Shown one piece after another: positions 13,333 through 28,145 of a stretch of DNA of 64,000 nucleotides. The position numbers were made by a program, and so were the translations under genes. The notes under the pieces were generated by a model. That model was not told where the DNA came from. It worked only from the letters and a program-made list of their open reading frames with translations, and did no database searches. Location: positions 6,884,001-6,948,000 of the forward strand of contig NC_087245.1 in assembly GCF_037042905.1 (NCBI RefSeq). The letters run 5' to 3'. Each line of letters opens with the position of its first letter. Position 1 is the stretch's first letter. The DNA comes from Lytechinus pictus. Lineage: Eukaryota.

Positions 13333-15839
13333 GTAAGTATGAATTAAATTATTTAATTTAAGTTGTGATACTGTGTAAGAAATATAAAACTATAGCTCTT
13401 CTCCGTTTATATCCTCTTTACTCAAATCAGCCAATACCATTTTTAAAGCTTCAGTATTGTTTTTTTCACACTTGATGACTCAATATCAGTGAGTTATTGC
13501 TAACTGAAACCTATAATTATACAAGTTATCGATTATTGTATAGTTGCACTGAAATTGTTAATAAACATTTCATTATCACGTCTATCATACTCTGTAATAT
13601 GTGCATTTGTTTGAATAGAGAGCAGTAATCACAATCACAACGCAGTGACATGTTGGTTCGAATCCCATTTCACGCACAATTCCCTCGGATATGTCTAAAA
13701 ATTGTTGTCTCAATTATTGCAATATTAATTAAAGCACAAACCCTCATTCATCTGGAAACCAGCTACGTATGATAAAAACTATGGGAGACTCACTTTGTCG
13801 CATATTTGTTGGATAAGCTGTGTTCTCAATTTGTTGGTCAAGTTAGAAAAAATTGTTAAACCCTTAATCTTGAGTGTTTTAATCAACAATGTGGTCAAAA
13901 GTTCGACATTCAGTTTGTTCAACCCTTATTGGTAAAATTATTTTGCCAACTGTTTCGTATGTTTAATAGAGTGCGCGATAATAAAACTACATTATGATAA
14001 CGGCTATAGTCATGCAAGTTGTACACCTGTCTATGTACTTTGTATTTTCCAGTTCTTGTATTGATTATTGTTACATCGTTACCGTGGCGACTATTGTTCA
14101 TCAAATACACCACCCAACAAAATGAACCCAATAACAATAAAAAACAACAAACAAACAAAATTAAAGTCAACTATTTTCTGCAGTTTTTTTCACTTATTAA
14201 AACTATTAGTTGATACATTGAACAATTCATTTTCAACTATTTCGGTGAACAATTCACTGTCAACTATTTCGGCAATATATTTCAAGAGTGAATGACAACA
14301 CTCACATCCAAAACCTGTGATTTTTTTAGTATCCACATCCGATCAAGTTCACGCACCCACTGTGTAATGATAATAATTAAATCAAGAACTAATAAGGACC
14401 AATATCCGTGAATATCCGAACATGTTACCAGCACCTATTGTTTTAAAAATATGGGTCTCAGTTTCCCATAGCCTTCAATAGTATTCAATTTAAACATGGT
14501 CTAAAAATTACTAAAAATTAATGAAATATCATATCATTGGAAATCTATACTGACACTTAATATAATTAATGCTTACGCAATCACTCATTATAATCTAAGA
14601 GACAACAGAAGAAATACATTTTTTAAAGAAACTAGCAAAACACAGCAATAATCGTGAGTAGAAATTTAAAAGATAATATCAGTAAGCACACGAATTCGTA
14701 CTGACATAAATATTAAATGAAATTAGCCTTTATAACATGTAAGATATATTCCTATTTTGTTTTATGAGAAAAAAATGTCACGAACTTTTTTCCGGGAGTA
14801 ATTCAGACATGTTCACATTCCCAGATTTTTTGACAAACCCGAAAATTTTGGTTAAAAATACCCAATTCATTTTGCATGAAATCTTGTTTTAACCAACAAT
14901 TCAGCGGTTTATATTTGAACCAACTTACAGGTTGGGTACAAAATTGTTGAGAGTGCAGGTGTTTATTCCAGTTCTTCATTACACAACGTATAAGAAACAT
15001 GCCCATTAAGATAGGCATTAATGATTGGATTTCTATTTTAAAGGAAAATTGAATCAGAATTGTTTTTACTTTTATAAAAAAAAATGTTATATTTGCAAGT
15101 TTGTAAAAAAAGTGATCTCGTATGCAAACATTTCAACGAGACATGTACGTGATTGGATAGTTATCACCTTGTAAAGAGTTACGATTTTAAAGTACAACTG
15201 TTTTATAAGGGCCCTTCATAAAGTCACTCATGAGCACTTCCGTTATGAGCCGCGGAATCAAGGGAGGGGGTGGAGAAGCTTAAGAACCCACCACGCAAAC
15301 CTGTACAAAAACGTGAAAATTACCATCGAAATTGTGATTATCTGAATGTAGAGAAAATAATGTTACTTTATCATTAATCCCGATGTAATGACATGATATT
15401 TTGGCAAACATAATTGTTAGAAAGATGACCTAATGTAACTTGATCGGAATTGGTCAGGAAGTTCAATATTGCACATTCATGACCTTGGTATCCTAAGTTC
15501 TATTTGTTTTATCCAACGTTTGCTTGTTTTGTGATCAGAGTACGGGCCGTGCCAGGAGTATTGACTATCTTTAATTGTATAATGTTTACAACAAATTTGC
15601 TCGTGATTGCATCTGCGATAAATAACGTTAACATCATTATACCTAATTTGCGTAAATGGCTATGCTATATTGTTCGAAGTCATTTCTTTCCCCAGACCTT
15701 CTTGTATCTAAAATAAGCATCATTTTCCAGGTTGGGTTGAAGTTCTTCATCCAACCCTGCACTCAGTTTTTGTTTATTTTCCAAAATCATCTTAATGTTC
15801 GATCGAAGAAAAATTACCGCGAATTCGTAGTACTTTATT

Positions 15840-17086
15840 TTCATCATAATCCCGATATTTTAGTCAATATATTGAACATTGAACTGGAGAAGATAGTACA
15901 ATGGATAAGATCTAATAAATTGTCAATCAATGTACAAAAACCGAAATGTATGCTTTTCAGCAATTCTTTAGATAAATTACCTTACGATATTAAATTGGAC
16001 AATACTGACATTGAAGTGGTCGCTTCAACAAATTTTTTAGGTCTGATAGTAGACAACAATTTATCTTGGAAAACACACATTGATTCTATATGCCGTACAA
16101 TTTCACGTAATATTGGTGTTATAAATAAGGTCAAGTTTTTTCTTCCAACTTCCTCCCTAAAAGTGCTTTATTCAACATTAATTTTACCCTATCTAAAGTA
16201 CGGGATAATTGTCTGGGGAAATACACATACATCATATCTAGAAAGAATATTACTTTTACAGAAAAAGGCATTGCGCGTTATTTTTAATATGTCTTGGAGA
16301 TCCCATACAAACCAATTGTTTATTGACAATAAAATCTTAAAAGTAAAAACATTATATCAATATAACTTGGGTCAATTTATGTATCAATTAAACAATAATA
16401 TGCTACCATCAATCTTTGATTCTTCATTTAACAAAAACAAAATCTATAAATACCCTACACGTCAATCCGACGAATTTCATTTTCCTCTACCCCGGACAAT
16501 TCTTGCCAAATCAATCTTTACTTTCGAAGGCCCTCGACTTTGGGGCACTCTTAATAATACTATTAAAGATTCCCAAAGCCTAAATTCTTTTAAATTTAAG
16601 TGAAAAAAGTTCCTCCAAGATAGGCCTACTTGTTAGTTTATTTAACTCTTCATCACTCATACATTATATTTGTTGATATATACTCAGCCCTACGAACCGT
16701 GAATTATGATATTTTTCGTTTTCCTGTTGACCCGTAATATTCGCTGTGAGTGCCGGGGCAAGAATCTGGAGACTATTGATCTCGCTTTTTTTTTCTCATT
16801 TTCTATTTCTTTCTTTCTTTTTTTCTTTTAAACTATACATTCAAATAGATTTAAGCTCAAATTTCTACCATGTTGTATTTGTGTTTTGTTTACATTGTTC
16901 ATACGATTATGTAATAGGAGGTTGCATTCTACAAGCTTCGCTTTTTAGCAGCTTCATCCGTTTCCGACCTGTTATCTTGATTATTATACATAATAAGTTT
17001 CTTTGTTTTATTGATTATATCAAGATGTATGTAACAAAACTTATTGTAAATGATTGTTGGAAATTGAAAAATAAATGAAATGAAAT
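15840..17086 (+). mobile_element. 5'-truncated LINE (CR1/L2 group): RT C-terminus plus 3' UTR
   Basis: Within ORF 15656-16603: WIRSNKLSINVQKPKCMLF, FLGLIVDNNLSWKTHI, LYSTLILPYLKYGIIVWG, LQKKALRVI, GPRLW; tail aataaatgaaatgaaat at about 17070-17086. Confidence 0.9.
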
Positions 17087-17389
17087 AACAATGAAGTGTT
17101 GCATTGATTGACTTCGCTTGGCATATTCGATTCTTTATATCTAAACGTATGAACAACGGCAACGAGTGAGAGAAAATATGTCATTTTGTTTGTTTCACCA
17201 AACCAATTGATTGCTAAACTTACAAGCGAGCGTAGCGAGTCAGGAACAAACGCTCGCATCCGTGGTTAAGTTCAATTGTAGGCCTACCTTCATATTTCAC
17301 AATACTTGCCGTGTAGCCGTATTTATTTGTCCGAGTTTGTGGTTATCATTAATTTTGTTAGAATCTGATCATATTGACTCGGTTATTAA

Positions 17390-17971
17390 CCCTAAAGGAC
17401 TAGGCTATTTGAGATGTATTGAAAACTGGGGGAAGGGGGCATGATGGCCCCCTTCTGATCTCGGCCGCCGTTCGCGCCGAAATTTGGCACGCACATTCTT
17501 TACCAGATAAACTACAATCCAGTATGAAAAAAATCTGAAAATAATTATTTTTTATTTATTATGAATGAAACATGCAAAAAAAAATTCGTGAAAAACATTT
17601 GCACAATGATATTTAACAGCCAATTTCACTTCACATTTCCTTCTTCTTTTTCCAGATGTCATCTTTTCAATCTAATTTAAAGGTTTCCACAAAGAAAAAT
17701 TGCGAAAGCCAATTTTTTCCTCATGTATTTCTTTGTTATTAGAATTTCTTAAGTATTTTTGTGTTTTTCATCTTTTGTTATTCATTGTTTTTTTTTCAAT
17801 GGAAATCATTACAGAACATTTTAAAACTAAATTAAACCCTAAATTAATTAAGCAAATCAATTAGAATGAAAAATAATTACATTTTAATGAATTTCATCTC
17901 CTATTTTCGGCATGAAATTGTCTCGATGTCTCGTTGAGGGGGGGGGGGCATCATGCCCCCAGTCCTCTGGG
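17390..17971. mobile_element. Non-autonomous piggyBac-like element
   Basis: ttaa|ccctaaaggact ... agtcctctggg|ttaa (TTAA TSD, CCC..GGG termini). Confidence 0.75.
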
Positions 17972-18140
17972 TTAAGCCTACTTTTTAAGTGAACTGTATA
18001 CCAGTGAGCATGGTGAGAATAGTTTTTAGTAAAATGATTTATTAGTTATGAATACATTAAAATTAAACGAATTTGATTTTATTTTTAAGATGGATTAAAA
18101 AATACCAATATTTTTATTAATCACTTGTTTTCATCAGATC

Positions 18141-21100
18141 ATGACGTCCCCTTGCTGCTGTGGAATCTTCCATCGGCCAGTTTTCTTCACAGCTTTACTC
18201 TCATTCGCTATCTTCACCTACTTTGGTGTCCAAGGCCCTTACACGACTGGGATCCTGACCACACTCCAAAGAGAGTTCAAGTTTAAGAGTTCCGAGATCG
18301 GATTCCTTCTCACCGTCAATGACATCGTTGGACTCGTCATCGTCACCCCTCTGGCATACCTTGGCTCCAAAAGCCATCGACCGCGTATAATCGGTATCCT
18401 CACGATGATATTTGCCGCCGGTTGCTTCGTCAGCGCCATCCCACAATTTGTTGGCGGAGGCGATGACGTCGATGGACTAAAAAACGACACCAATCCGCTG
18501 ATGATACAGAAACCTGGAGTGTATCTATGTGAAGATGATGACGTTGGTGATGTGGATAAATGTTCAGAAGCAGAGGAAGCCGCATCGGGAGCTCAGTACA
18601 GCAGAGCCATCTGGTTGTTCCTTGGACAGGCCCTGTGTGGTATAGGAGGAGCTGGATTCTTTCCTCTTGGTATTACTTACATAGATGACGGTGTGCCCAA
18701 ATCATCATCTTCTGTACATGTTGGTAAGTATTTTATTTGGTAACCACAGCCACATATAACATGAATTTGGTGATAGATGGTAACACTTTAATCGATATTT
18801 TGTTCCTGGCTAAGTCTGACAAATATCCAGTCGTTTGTCTCTTCTACACCTTACAGCTATTCTTCTACAAGAACATGTATTGTGACGAAACTTTATATTT
18901 ACTATGATTTTATTTTCATTGCAAGAATTTAATTATAATTGTAACGATTATTCTATGATGTCCAAATAATATTCAGATACTTCCCTCTCTTCCCACAGCG
19001 GCACTTTTCATGATGGGTAGTCTGTCCCCTGTCTTTGCCTTCAGCATGAGTGCTTTTAGTCTGGCTCTTCATTCTGACTTCTACAAGATTGATGTGGATG
19101 AACTGGGCTATGGTGACAAGGATCCTCGATGGATAGGAGCTTGGTGGTTAGGGTATATCATCTATGGATGCATACTGCTCCTCACCAGTATACTATTCTT
19201 CTTCTTTCCAAAGGTTATTCATCATGTAACCACAGATTGACCAGTAACAGAACAATAATATTTTTTTTAATTGGGGGGTGGATACGGGTCCATGTCCATT
19301 TTCTTTCTATGCATTTCCAGTATTGTGTAAGTTTAAGTATGGTCGTGATGATCACAAAATACAAGTATGGTGTAGGTTCTTCTTGGAAGGGTTTAAAGGC
19401 GATTAATCTTAATGGGATAAAATACAATTTCCACGTATCTAGAGTTTGTGAAGATATGAATAGGGAATCGTGAGATTACAGTTCCCTTAATAGGAACATG
19501 CTCCGGAGGATGCTTCTGTCCATTATTATTGTGTCACTTGAGTAGATGATAAGAAATAACGTAAGTATAACAATCAAAAGAGAAAGGGAATGAAGTGAAT
19601 AAGTGAATTGGTTTATTTTTTAACAACTTTCACTTCATCCACATAGGACTGGCCTCATCGAGAAGGAACAGGCGAAGAATTAAAGGAAATGAACGTGCCA
19701 GTTGACAGGGAGAATTCGTCTTCACCAAACGTTTATATGATCAAAGACATGATGCCAAAGGAAGGAACATCAATCATGGAACTCATCAAAGGTATCGAGA
19801 CTGATAAAAAGCAATGTTTCCGATTTCAAAAAGATAATATTATAATCGGTTTAAAATGAAATGAATTGTTGTTCAAATTGATTGGAATCCATCCTACATT
19901 TCAACAGACGATGGAGCTGGAACCACATCAACTTCATTCATATTTTATGTTCTATTGTTGAGGTGCCGTGGCCGAGAGGTCTAAGGCGCCATGGTTCGAC
20001 CCCCGCCCGCTGTACCTATGCCAGTGAGCTTCATCGACAACGCTCTTTTATCTTCCATTCAAATAAATGAAAATGATATGTATAGCATGATTTTTTTAAT
20101 CAAGTGCACACCAAGTTACCAATAATGGGTATATGTATTATTGGTAATTTGTTATGCACTTGTTTAAAAAAAAATCATTCTGATCAGCACCTACGCAAGA
20201 CCTAAATTATGTAATTTTTTGCAAGAAAAAGCATATTTTTAAGATTTCCCCGATGTAATTCGTATAAACTTTGTTTTTATTTTTCGCAGGATATATCAAG
20301 GCCATGGGTCGTCTCTTAACCAATCTCACTTACATCACGTGTCTTCTTGCTATATGCGGTGAACTGGCTGCTGTGGCAGGCTTCTTTTCATTCGTGGGTC
20401 GTTATATCCAAACACAATATGACGTCACACCTGCCGTCACGTCGATCATCCTCGGTAAGGTCTAGGGTTGGCCACTCAACACTTATTTAAGTTAGATGGG
20501 GTGGGAGAAGATGATGCTTCAGTTTGACCGGTAGAGATCGAGCACTTCCTTAATTGCATTTTGTTGTCCGAATACATTTTTATGATCTTAAAGTGTCTTG
20601 TTGACGAAATCCCGGAATATATTCTGAGCGGTTTGAATTTCCCCTATCTTAAATTTATCCTATCAATCCATTATTTTCCCTAGGTTGTGTGACGTCACCA
20701 GCAGGATTCTTCGGTAACTTGTTCGGTGGTCTTCTGGTCAAGAAAATGAAACTATCCATGAAAGGTCTAGGTGCTATGGCGATGTCTATCTCAGGAATCA
20801 CCCTCGTCTTGACCGTTCTGTATTTCTTTGTTGGTTGTGACAACCAGAGAATAGCTGGAATAACCGTCCCTTACCCAGGGGAGAGCGAGTAAGAAACATA
20901 AGAAACTTTCTATTACGTCGATCTGGTTGAATGGCTTTGTACCATAGTTTTTATTTCGAGTCACTATTGTGGCTCTTATTTCTAAGCCTGTCATCCACGT
21001 TTGTCATTCTCAACTCAGTTGAAATAATGGAGGGATCAATACTTTGTAATGTAAATGCCGCAAGATGGCAGATAGTCCTGACAAGGTATGGGCAAAATGA

Positions 21101-24100
21101 GTATCAAATGTAAGTAAAAAGGGATTTAACATTAGCACAAGAGTGCACCCCAACATAATTATCAACCTCGACTACCTATAGCAATTACATTGACACTTGC
21201 GAACAATATCCTGTCATCATTAGGGAGTTTTTTTTTTCAGTCGCGAAGAGGACGGATTATACAACATAGAACATTTATTGTCGAAAGCCCTTCATGACAA
21301 AGCAGTCTCTGTCGAAAATCGGTGAATCAAAATTGAAGAGCAATGTCGTCCTGGACTAGACAAACGACAGATTTGCAATATTTCTTCAATTCAGAATTTT
21401 TACGACCAGCTGTCCCGGTTCACCCATTTTCGACAAAGCCCTCTCAGCTGTTCATTGTGATTTGATATGCTTTTTTTACATTGGTTTTCTATGTTGTAGA
21501 ATCCGTCCCCGTCGTGATTGTGGAAACTAGCTATTGTTTTAAAGACCATTGAGACGATTGAGCAATCCTTGTTTTTTTTTTTTCTTTGGCAAGAAGATTC
21601 TTTCCCTTTCTGGAATATGGTGGGCGGTTCGTTTCTTTGTAAGTTTTCTTGCGAACTTTCGAGAATTCTGAAACTATTTGAATAAGTTCACAATTTAGCA
21701 CCTAACCAATCTTTGAGTTCTACGCATTCATGAAATCTAGACGTACAAGAATCCTGAATACCTGCTTCTCGTTTTAGAATCAATTTAACTCCGTCATGTC
21801 TTGGTGATTGCTCATGTCCATCTGGTGTGTATACACCTGTATGCGGATCTGATGATTTGACATACATCACACCGTGTCATGCTGGATGTTCAACCTATCA
21901 AGAAGGAATTAAATATGACGGATCAGAACCTTCTTCATCGGTGAGATAACTCAAAGATTTCCCAATATTACACCCCCCTATGAAGTGTTATCACTAATGT
22001 TAGGAACAGGAACATATATTTATTTATTCAATAACAAAAATAAACAATTGAATCAGCAAACGTGTTTTTCATCGATGTCCTGGTAACATATTTATCAAAA
22101 ATCATTTGTAATTGTAACACTAGAGAGCTCCCAAATAAAGTATAATGAATGAAATGATAGTGATAATAAATGAAATGATAGTGATAATAAATGAAATGAT
22201 AGTGATAATAAATGAAATGTTAGTGATAATAAATGAAATGATAGTGATAATAAATGAAATGATAGTGATAATAAATGAAATGATAGTGATAATAAATGAA
22301 ATGATAGTGATAATAAATGAAATGTTAGTGATAATAAATGAAATGATAGTGATAATGAATGAAATGATAGTGATAATAAATGAAATGATAGTGATAATAA
22401 ATGAAATGATAGTGATAATAAATGAAATGATAGTGATAATAAATGAAATGATAGTGATAATAAATGAAATGATAGTGATAATAAATGAAATGATAGTGAT
22501 AATAAAATGAAATGATAGTGATAATAAATGAAATGATAGTGATAATAAATGAAATGTTAGTGATAATAAATGAAATGATAGTGATAATGAATGAAATGAT
22601 AGTGATAATAAATTAAATGATAGTGATAATAAATGAAATGATAGTGATAATGAATGAAATGATAGTGATAATAAATGAAATGATAGTGATAATAAATGAA
22701 ATGATAGTGATAATAAATGAAATGATAGTGATAATAAATGAAATGATAGTGATAATAAATGAAATGATAGTGATAATAAATGAAATGATAGTGATAATGA
22801 ATGAAATGATAGTGATAATAAATTGAATGATAGTGATAATAAATGAAATGATAGTGATAATAAATGAAATGATAGTGATAATAAATGAAATGTTAGTGAT
22901 AATAAATGAAATGATAGTGATAATAAATGAAATGATAGTGATAATAAATGACATGATAGTGATAATAAATGAAATGATAGTGATAATGAATGAAATGATA
23001 GTGATAATGAATGAAACGATAGTGATAATAAATGAAATGATAGTGATAATAAATGAAATGATAGTGATAATGAATGAAATGATAGTGATAATGAATGAAA
23101 TGATAGTGATAATAAATGAAATGATAGTGATAATAAATGAAATGATAGTGATAATAAATGAAATGATAGTGATAATAAATGAAATGATAGTGATAATAAA
23201 TGAAATGATAGTGATAATAAATGAAATGATAGTGATAATAAATGAAATGATAGTGATAATAAATGAGATGATAGTGATAATAAATGAAATGATAGTGATA
23301 ATAAATGAAATGATAGTGATAATAAATGAAATGATAGTGATAATAAATGAAATGTTAGTGATAATAAATGAAATGATAGTGATAATAAATGAAATGATAG
23401 TGATAATAAATGAAATGATAGTGATAATAAATGAAATGATAGTGATAATAAATGAAATGATAGTGATAATAAATGAAATGATAGTGATAATAAATGGAAT
23501 GATAGTGATAATGAATGAAATGATAGTGATAATAAATGAAATGCTAGTGATAATAAATGAAATGATAGTGATAATAAATGAAATGATAGTGATAATAAAT
23601 GAAATGATAGTGATAATAAATGAAATGATAGTGATAATAAATGAAATGATAGTGATAATAAATGAAATGATAGTGATAATAAATGAAATGATAGTGATAA
23701 TAAATGAAATGATAGTGATAATAAATGAAATGATAGTGATAATAAATGACATGATAGTGATAATAAATGAAATGATAGTGATAATAAATGAAATGATAGT
23801 GATAATAAATGACATGATAGTGATAATAAATGAAATGATAGTGATAATAAATGAAATGATAGTGATAATAAATGAAATGATAGTGATAATAAATGAAATG
23901 ATAGTGATAATAAATGAAATGATAGTGATAATAAATGAAATGATAGTGATAATAAATGAAATGATAGTGATAATAAATGAAATGATAGTGATAATAAATG
24001 AAATGATAGTGATAATAAATGAAATGATAGTGATAATAAATGAAATGATAGTGGTAATAAATGAAATGATAGTGATAATAAATGAAATGATAGTGATAAT

Positions 24101-26461
24101 AAATGATGGTGATAATAAATCAAATGATTTCAGATTTTCAGATTCAGATTTTATTTCCAACAGAAATGAAATAAATAATGATAAAAATCATTCTCATACA
24201 TTTATCACAAATATTTACGATACAAATTATGTCATTATAATTATATTCAACAATATCAATGATAATTAACATATAAAAATATATGATAGGGGAGAAAAGA
24301 GGTCGACGGTCCACTGTGACTTTTTAACTGGTGAAAAAGAAGATAAGAGAAAGAAAAATAAAAATAAAGAAGATTATCAAAAAGAGAGATCTGGCTCGAT
24401 CATTTCAAAATACCCTGTCACAGCCCCTGATCGTTACGGGGATCATTCAAATAGCTCTCACTTCATAAAATCTAGAGAGAAATTCGTTTGCCTAATTCTT
24501 GGTAAATAGATATTAACTCCTTTTGTACAAATTACAAACATCTATTGGGATGACTTTACATTTCAAGTACTTTAGCGTGTAATAAGGGAAGTTAATTCGA
24601 CTTCTAATTACATCCTTCTCTTACAGTTCTTATACTCTGACTGCACTTGTATTGGATCAAATGCAACTTTTACCAGTACGGTTGATGAATACGAGGACTT
24701 TTCGGTCATTCAGGAGGCATGTCCAAGAGACTGTTACGGGAGATTAATCGCTTATATCGTCATCTTTGGTGTCACTTCTCTCATCAACTCCATGGTAAAA
24801 AATCCCAGCTTTATGCTAAAATTGAGGTACGACATTAGTGATATTAGTTTTAGTTCTTTTACAGTAGTAGACCTTTACGTGTTTGTTTCTCTTTCTTTCA
24901 AGCAATTACGGAAGGCTTTTTAAAATCCCAAATGTTACTCTGTTACGTTAGAGACTGACTCTGAAATACATGCCATATGCTCAGGTTTATATAAAAATGC
25001 ATGTTATAGGGCAATCAATCAGTCTCAACATGGACCTTTTACAACCGTCTCAAATAATTATGCCAAACGATTTTTTTTTTTAGGAAGACAAAACAAAGCA
25101 AATATCTTTTTACTTTTATTTCAAAAGCCATAAAAGGGAGAAGAAATACTTCAAATTACTCCGGATATAAACTGATACCGATTCCTACCTTTTCTCTTGA
25201 AACCATGTCCTCTTTGCCCTCATTCCCACTCCCATTCTCTCATCTATCTGAGACTTATCTCACTCTACTGTATTCTTGATTTTTATTTTGATAGATGTGT
25301 GGATCTTCCTGATCGTGCTATCAGCATGGGGCTTGGTAGTTTGATAATAAGAGTATTAGGTAAGAGGTTTACTTTGAACATAAGGTTATGTCGGAACTGT
25401 GTTAGGCCATGGACCTACTATTGGGTATTTTTCACCATGTTATTTATTTGTCCTCGCTCGCTGCGCTCGTTCATATTCATTTAGGTACATTATGATTAGG
25501 GATTTGATTTGATAAGCCTAATGATAAAATCATGAACAATGAGTTAAAATATGTTCCAAAATCATAATTTCATTTTATAATGAGGTATTCTTTTTTCCTT
25601 GCTCGAGACTTGTTAGAAATTTTCCACCCAGAAGTTCGCCGTCAGTCAATATATTGTTCTTACACCCATTATCTTATCAAAATGCCCACCCCTGTACTGC
25701 AAAGTATCTTTTTTTTATGGGGGGGGGGAGGTGGAATGGAGTGAAGGGATCCTTATCTCCTATACTCTTTCCAATCAACCATAACCATGATGGATGTGTT
25801 TGTATTAAAATCATATTGAAATTGAAATGATTGAAATTGTGCGTTTTCTTTGATCAGGATTTGTACCAGCTCCAGTATATTTTGGTGCAGCCATTCAGAC
25901 GACCTGTCTTATGTTCCAATCATCATGTGGGAAGACAGGCAACTGTCTCATCTATGATACTGATCGTCTTCGTAATGTCCTCTTCGGTCTTCTTCTACTC
26001 CTCAAGTTCTCATCCGTTCTTTGTTATTTCCTTTCCTTTATTACTGTACGACGTGATAAATCAGGGGTAAGAATCAACATATTCACATTTATTTCTTTGT
26101 TTAGTTTAATTAATGGAACGAAAGGAGCTGATCATTATGAGAAACAAGATATAAAGAGTAATCGAGGTTTTTTTTCACACTTTTGTAACGCGTTTGATTG
26201 ATTTAGTCCTATTGTAGATACAAATATGTTTTCACTGAACCTGCAGGAATATGCCGGCACTAATATTTTAATTTTATAAAATGAATTATTACGTATCATT
26301 CAGCGGTTAAATGCACAAGACCAAAGATGTTTGTTCAACAACAACAAAAAATGTTCTATATTGTATAGATTAATTGTCATTTTCCACACGTTTTTCTTGT
26401 GCAGGAGTATCATCAATATCAACTTTGTTCGCCCAGCAAAAGGAAACCAACGGCCGTTTAA
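18141..26461 (+). CDS. SLCO: Organic anion transporting polypeptide (OATP/SLCO family), 668 aa; coding exons 18141-18723, 18999-19213, 19647-19791, 20290-20454, 20684-20888, 21778-21940, 24627-24826, 25295-25359, 25858-26066, 26405-26461; subfamily not assigned
   Basis: All introns are GT-AG with matching phases and the exons sum to 2007 nt ending in TAA. Contains the OATP signature DPRWIGAWWLG, GITYIDD, the Kazal-like loop CLGDCSCPSGVYTPVCGSDDLTYITPCHAGC, and C-terminal RVLGFVPAPVYFGAAI..TCL...CGKTGNCLIYD. Confidence 0.95.
19960..20087 (+). mobile_element. Degenerate tRNA-derived SINE
   Basis: A box gtggccgagagg and B box ggttcgaccc with the anticodon arm missing; not a functional tRNA. Confidence 0.6.
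20088..20177. repeat. Short foldback palindrome in an SLCO intron
   Basis: atgatttttttaatcaagtgca..ttaccaataat pairs with attattggtaa..tgcacttgtttaaaaaaaaatcat. Confidence 0.75.
22142..24106. repeat. 21-bp minisatellite (ATAATAAATGAAATGATAGTG)n, roughly 93 copies, in SLCO coding intron 6
   Basis: Directly visible tandem array with few substitutions. Confidence 0.98.
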
Positions 26462-27568
26462 TGATTACCGATCAAAATAATATACATTCATTGACTTTCA
26501 TCTCATACTACACAAAGTCACTTATCAAATATAAAGAGGTCATACTTGTAAGTTCTTAATCTTTCAAGAATAATCATTTTGAATCTAATTTTTAAAATGA
26601 TGATGCCGTCATATAAGAATGTAGCTTTGGGTTTATGTCTATAGACTTTAGCATGATGATATATCTATGTGGCGGAGAAAAAACTTGTTTATTGTTCATC
26701 GTGATCAATACATAGTGTGTGCTATTTGGTATTAAAAAAATACTTGCAGTAAACTCTTGAAAATGAACAAAAAATGACTATAAATGAAAAGGTCAGCGAA
26801 GTGTAACAAATAGTTTAGTCATTCGTTTTAATATTTCCGAGTCGCTTTTGTCTGAAATATAGTCATTTCTTATAGATGTGGTTAAGCTTAGTTAACCCAA
26901 GATTATATATCACTTATCTATTGCCATTTTTTCAGTGTTTCGTTTTACCTCTCATATGCTATTATAAGTTTATTAATCGGATAAAGCATTTGATGTCATA
27001 ACCACAATTCTTACTGTCCATGTAAAACAAGATTTCTTTTCAGTGGAAATCTCTGGGAAATTTATAATGTAGTGTAGCTAATATATGCATGAAGTTGTTT
27101 TACTGGGGAAAGAAATAGTATGACAGTCAGGAAATCATTTGTTCAACACATTCTTGTGCGGGGTTGATTAAACTGGATAATTCAACTTATAACTGAATTC
27201 ATTTCTGAACATGATTTAAATTTAGTTGTGCATTTTGTATGTTGATGCAATGATATCAATACTTCATTGGAATACATTCTGGGACTTATGATAGATATCA
27301 ATGTAAATATACACAGAAAATACATAGAAACTATACATGTATATTGTAGTTGCAATATTATTTCTTTGTAATGATGTAGTAATTGAGATACTAGAATACA
27401 GCGTAAGAAATGCATCATATACGCAGTTAGTCACGTTATCACAAACTCAAAGTTTCATTCTTTTACGGAATCCATCAATTAGAGCAGCTCTGGAGAATCT
27501 TTTAAAAACGGCTTTTACCACCCTTGTGCATTGATACTGTACAAAATATTTGGTAAAATTTTAACCAG

Positions 27569-27761
27569 CATGAGGGTAATTATGTGTCCAACCAATTTGG
27601 GGAAGTATTTTACCCAAGACGGGAAGCATATTGTCCAGTGAGGTTAAAAAAAACAAGCAGCAATTACCTTAGAATGGGCAATTAGATTTTCATCATACTG
27701 GATAAATATAAATTCTCAAAAGAAATGGTCAATGTTGGTTGGACATATAATTACCCTCATG
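27569..27761. mobile_element. MITE-like element with inverted arms
   Basis: catgagggtaattatgtgtccaaccaa / ttggttggacatataattaccctcatg. Confidence 0.75.
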
Positions 27762-27947
27762 GAGTGTCTAGGTTCTCGTGATATTTTTTTTTAAGTCAAT
27801 AAGAGCCTCGAAAATATTGTCCATAATCCCCCCCCCCTCCGAAACAATTACTTTGAATGATGTTCATTACCAGTGTCATTCACTATCATCATTACTAATG
27901 TTATTTTTCACCATCGCTGCCCTGTATTTGTTAGGAAAGTCTATCTT

Positions 27948-28145
27948 CACTCTTAAAAATGTTGGGGAACATAATGTCCACACAACAGTTGATTAAAACT
28001 TTATCAAATTCTGGTTAATTTTAAGCCAATAATGTGTGCTTTGGGTGAAAGCTACACAGTATTGGTTGAAAACCACCCAGAGTTGGATAAAAAAATGTTT
28101 ACCAATTGTTGTGTGGACAGTATGTTGCCAAACATTTTAACAGTG
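27948..28145. mobile_element. MITE with CACT..AGTG termini
   Basis: cactcttaaaaatgttggggaacataatgtccacacaac / gttgtgtggacagtatgttgccaaacattttaacagtg. Confidence 0.75.

Noticed and set aside
330..15500. Many short ORFs of 60-120 aa
   Set aside because: Low-complexity AT-rich or transposon-derived translations with no recognisable domains or splice-consistent structure, apart from the LINE fragment listed.
15656..16603. 315-aa ORF as a host gene
   Set aside because: It is a truncated LINE ORF2 C-terminus with a fortuitous N-terminal extension, and the RT catalytic motif is not included.
22142..24106. CRISPR-like array
   Set aside because: Head-to-tail units with no unique spacers, eukaryotic context and no cas genes.
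22120..24269. Long ORFs of 667, 515 and 480 aa on both strands
   Set aside because: They are translations of a 21-bp tandem repeat with stop-free frames, inside an SLCO intron.
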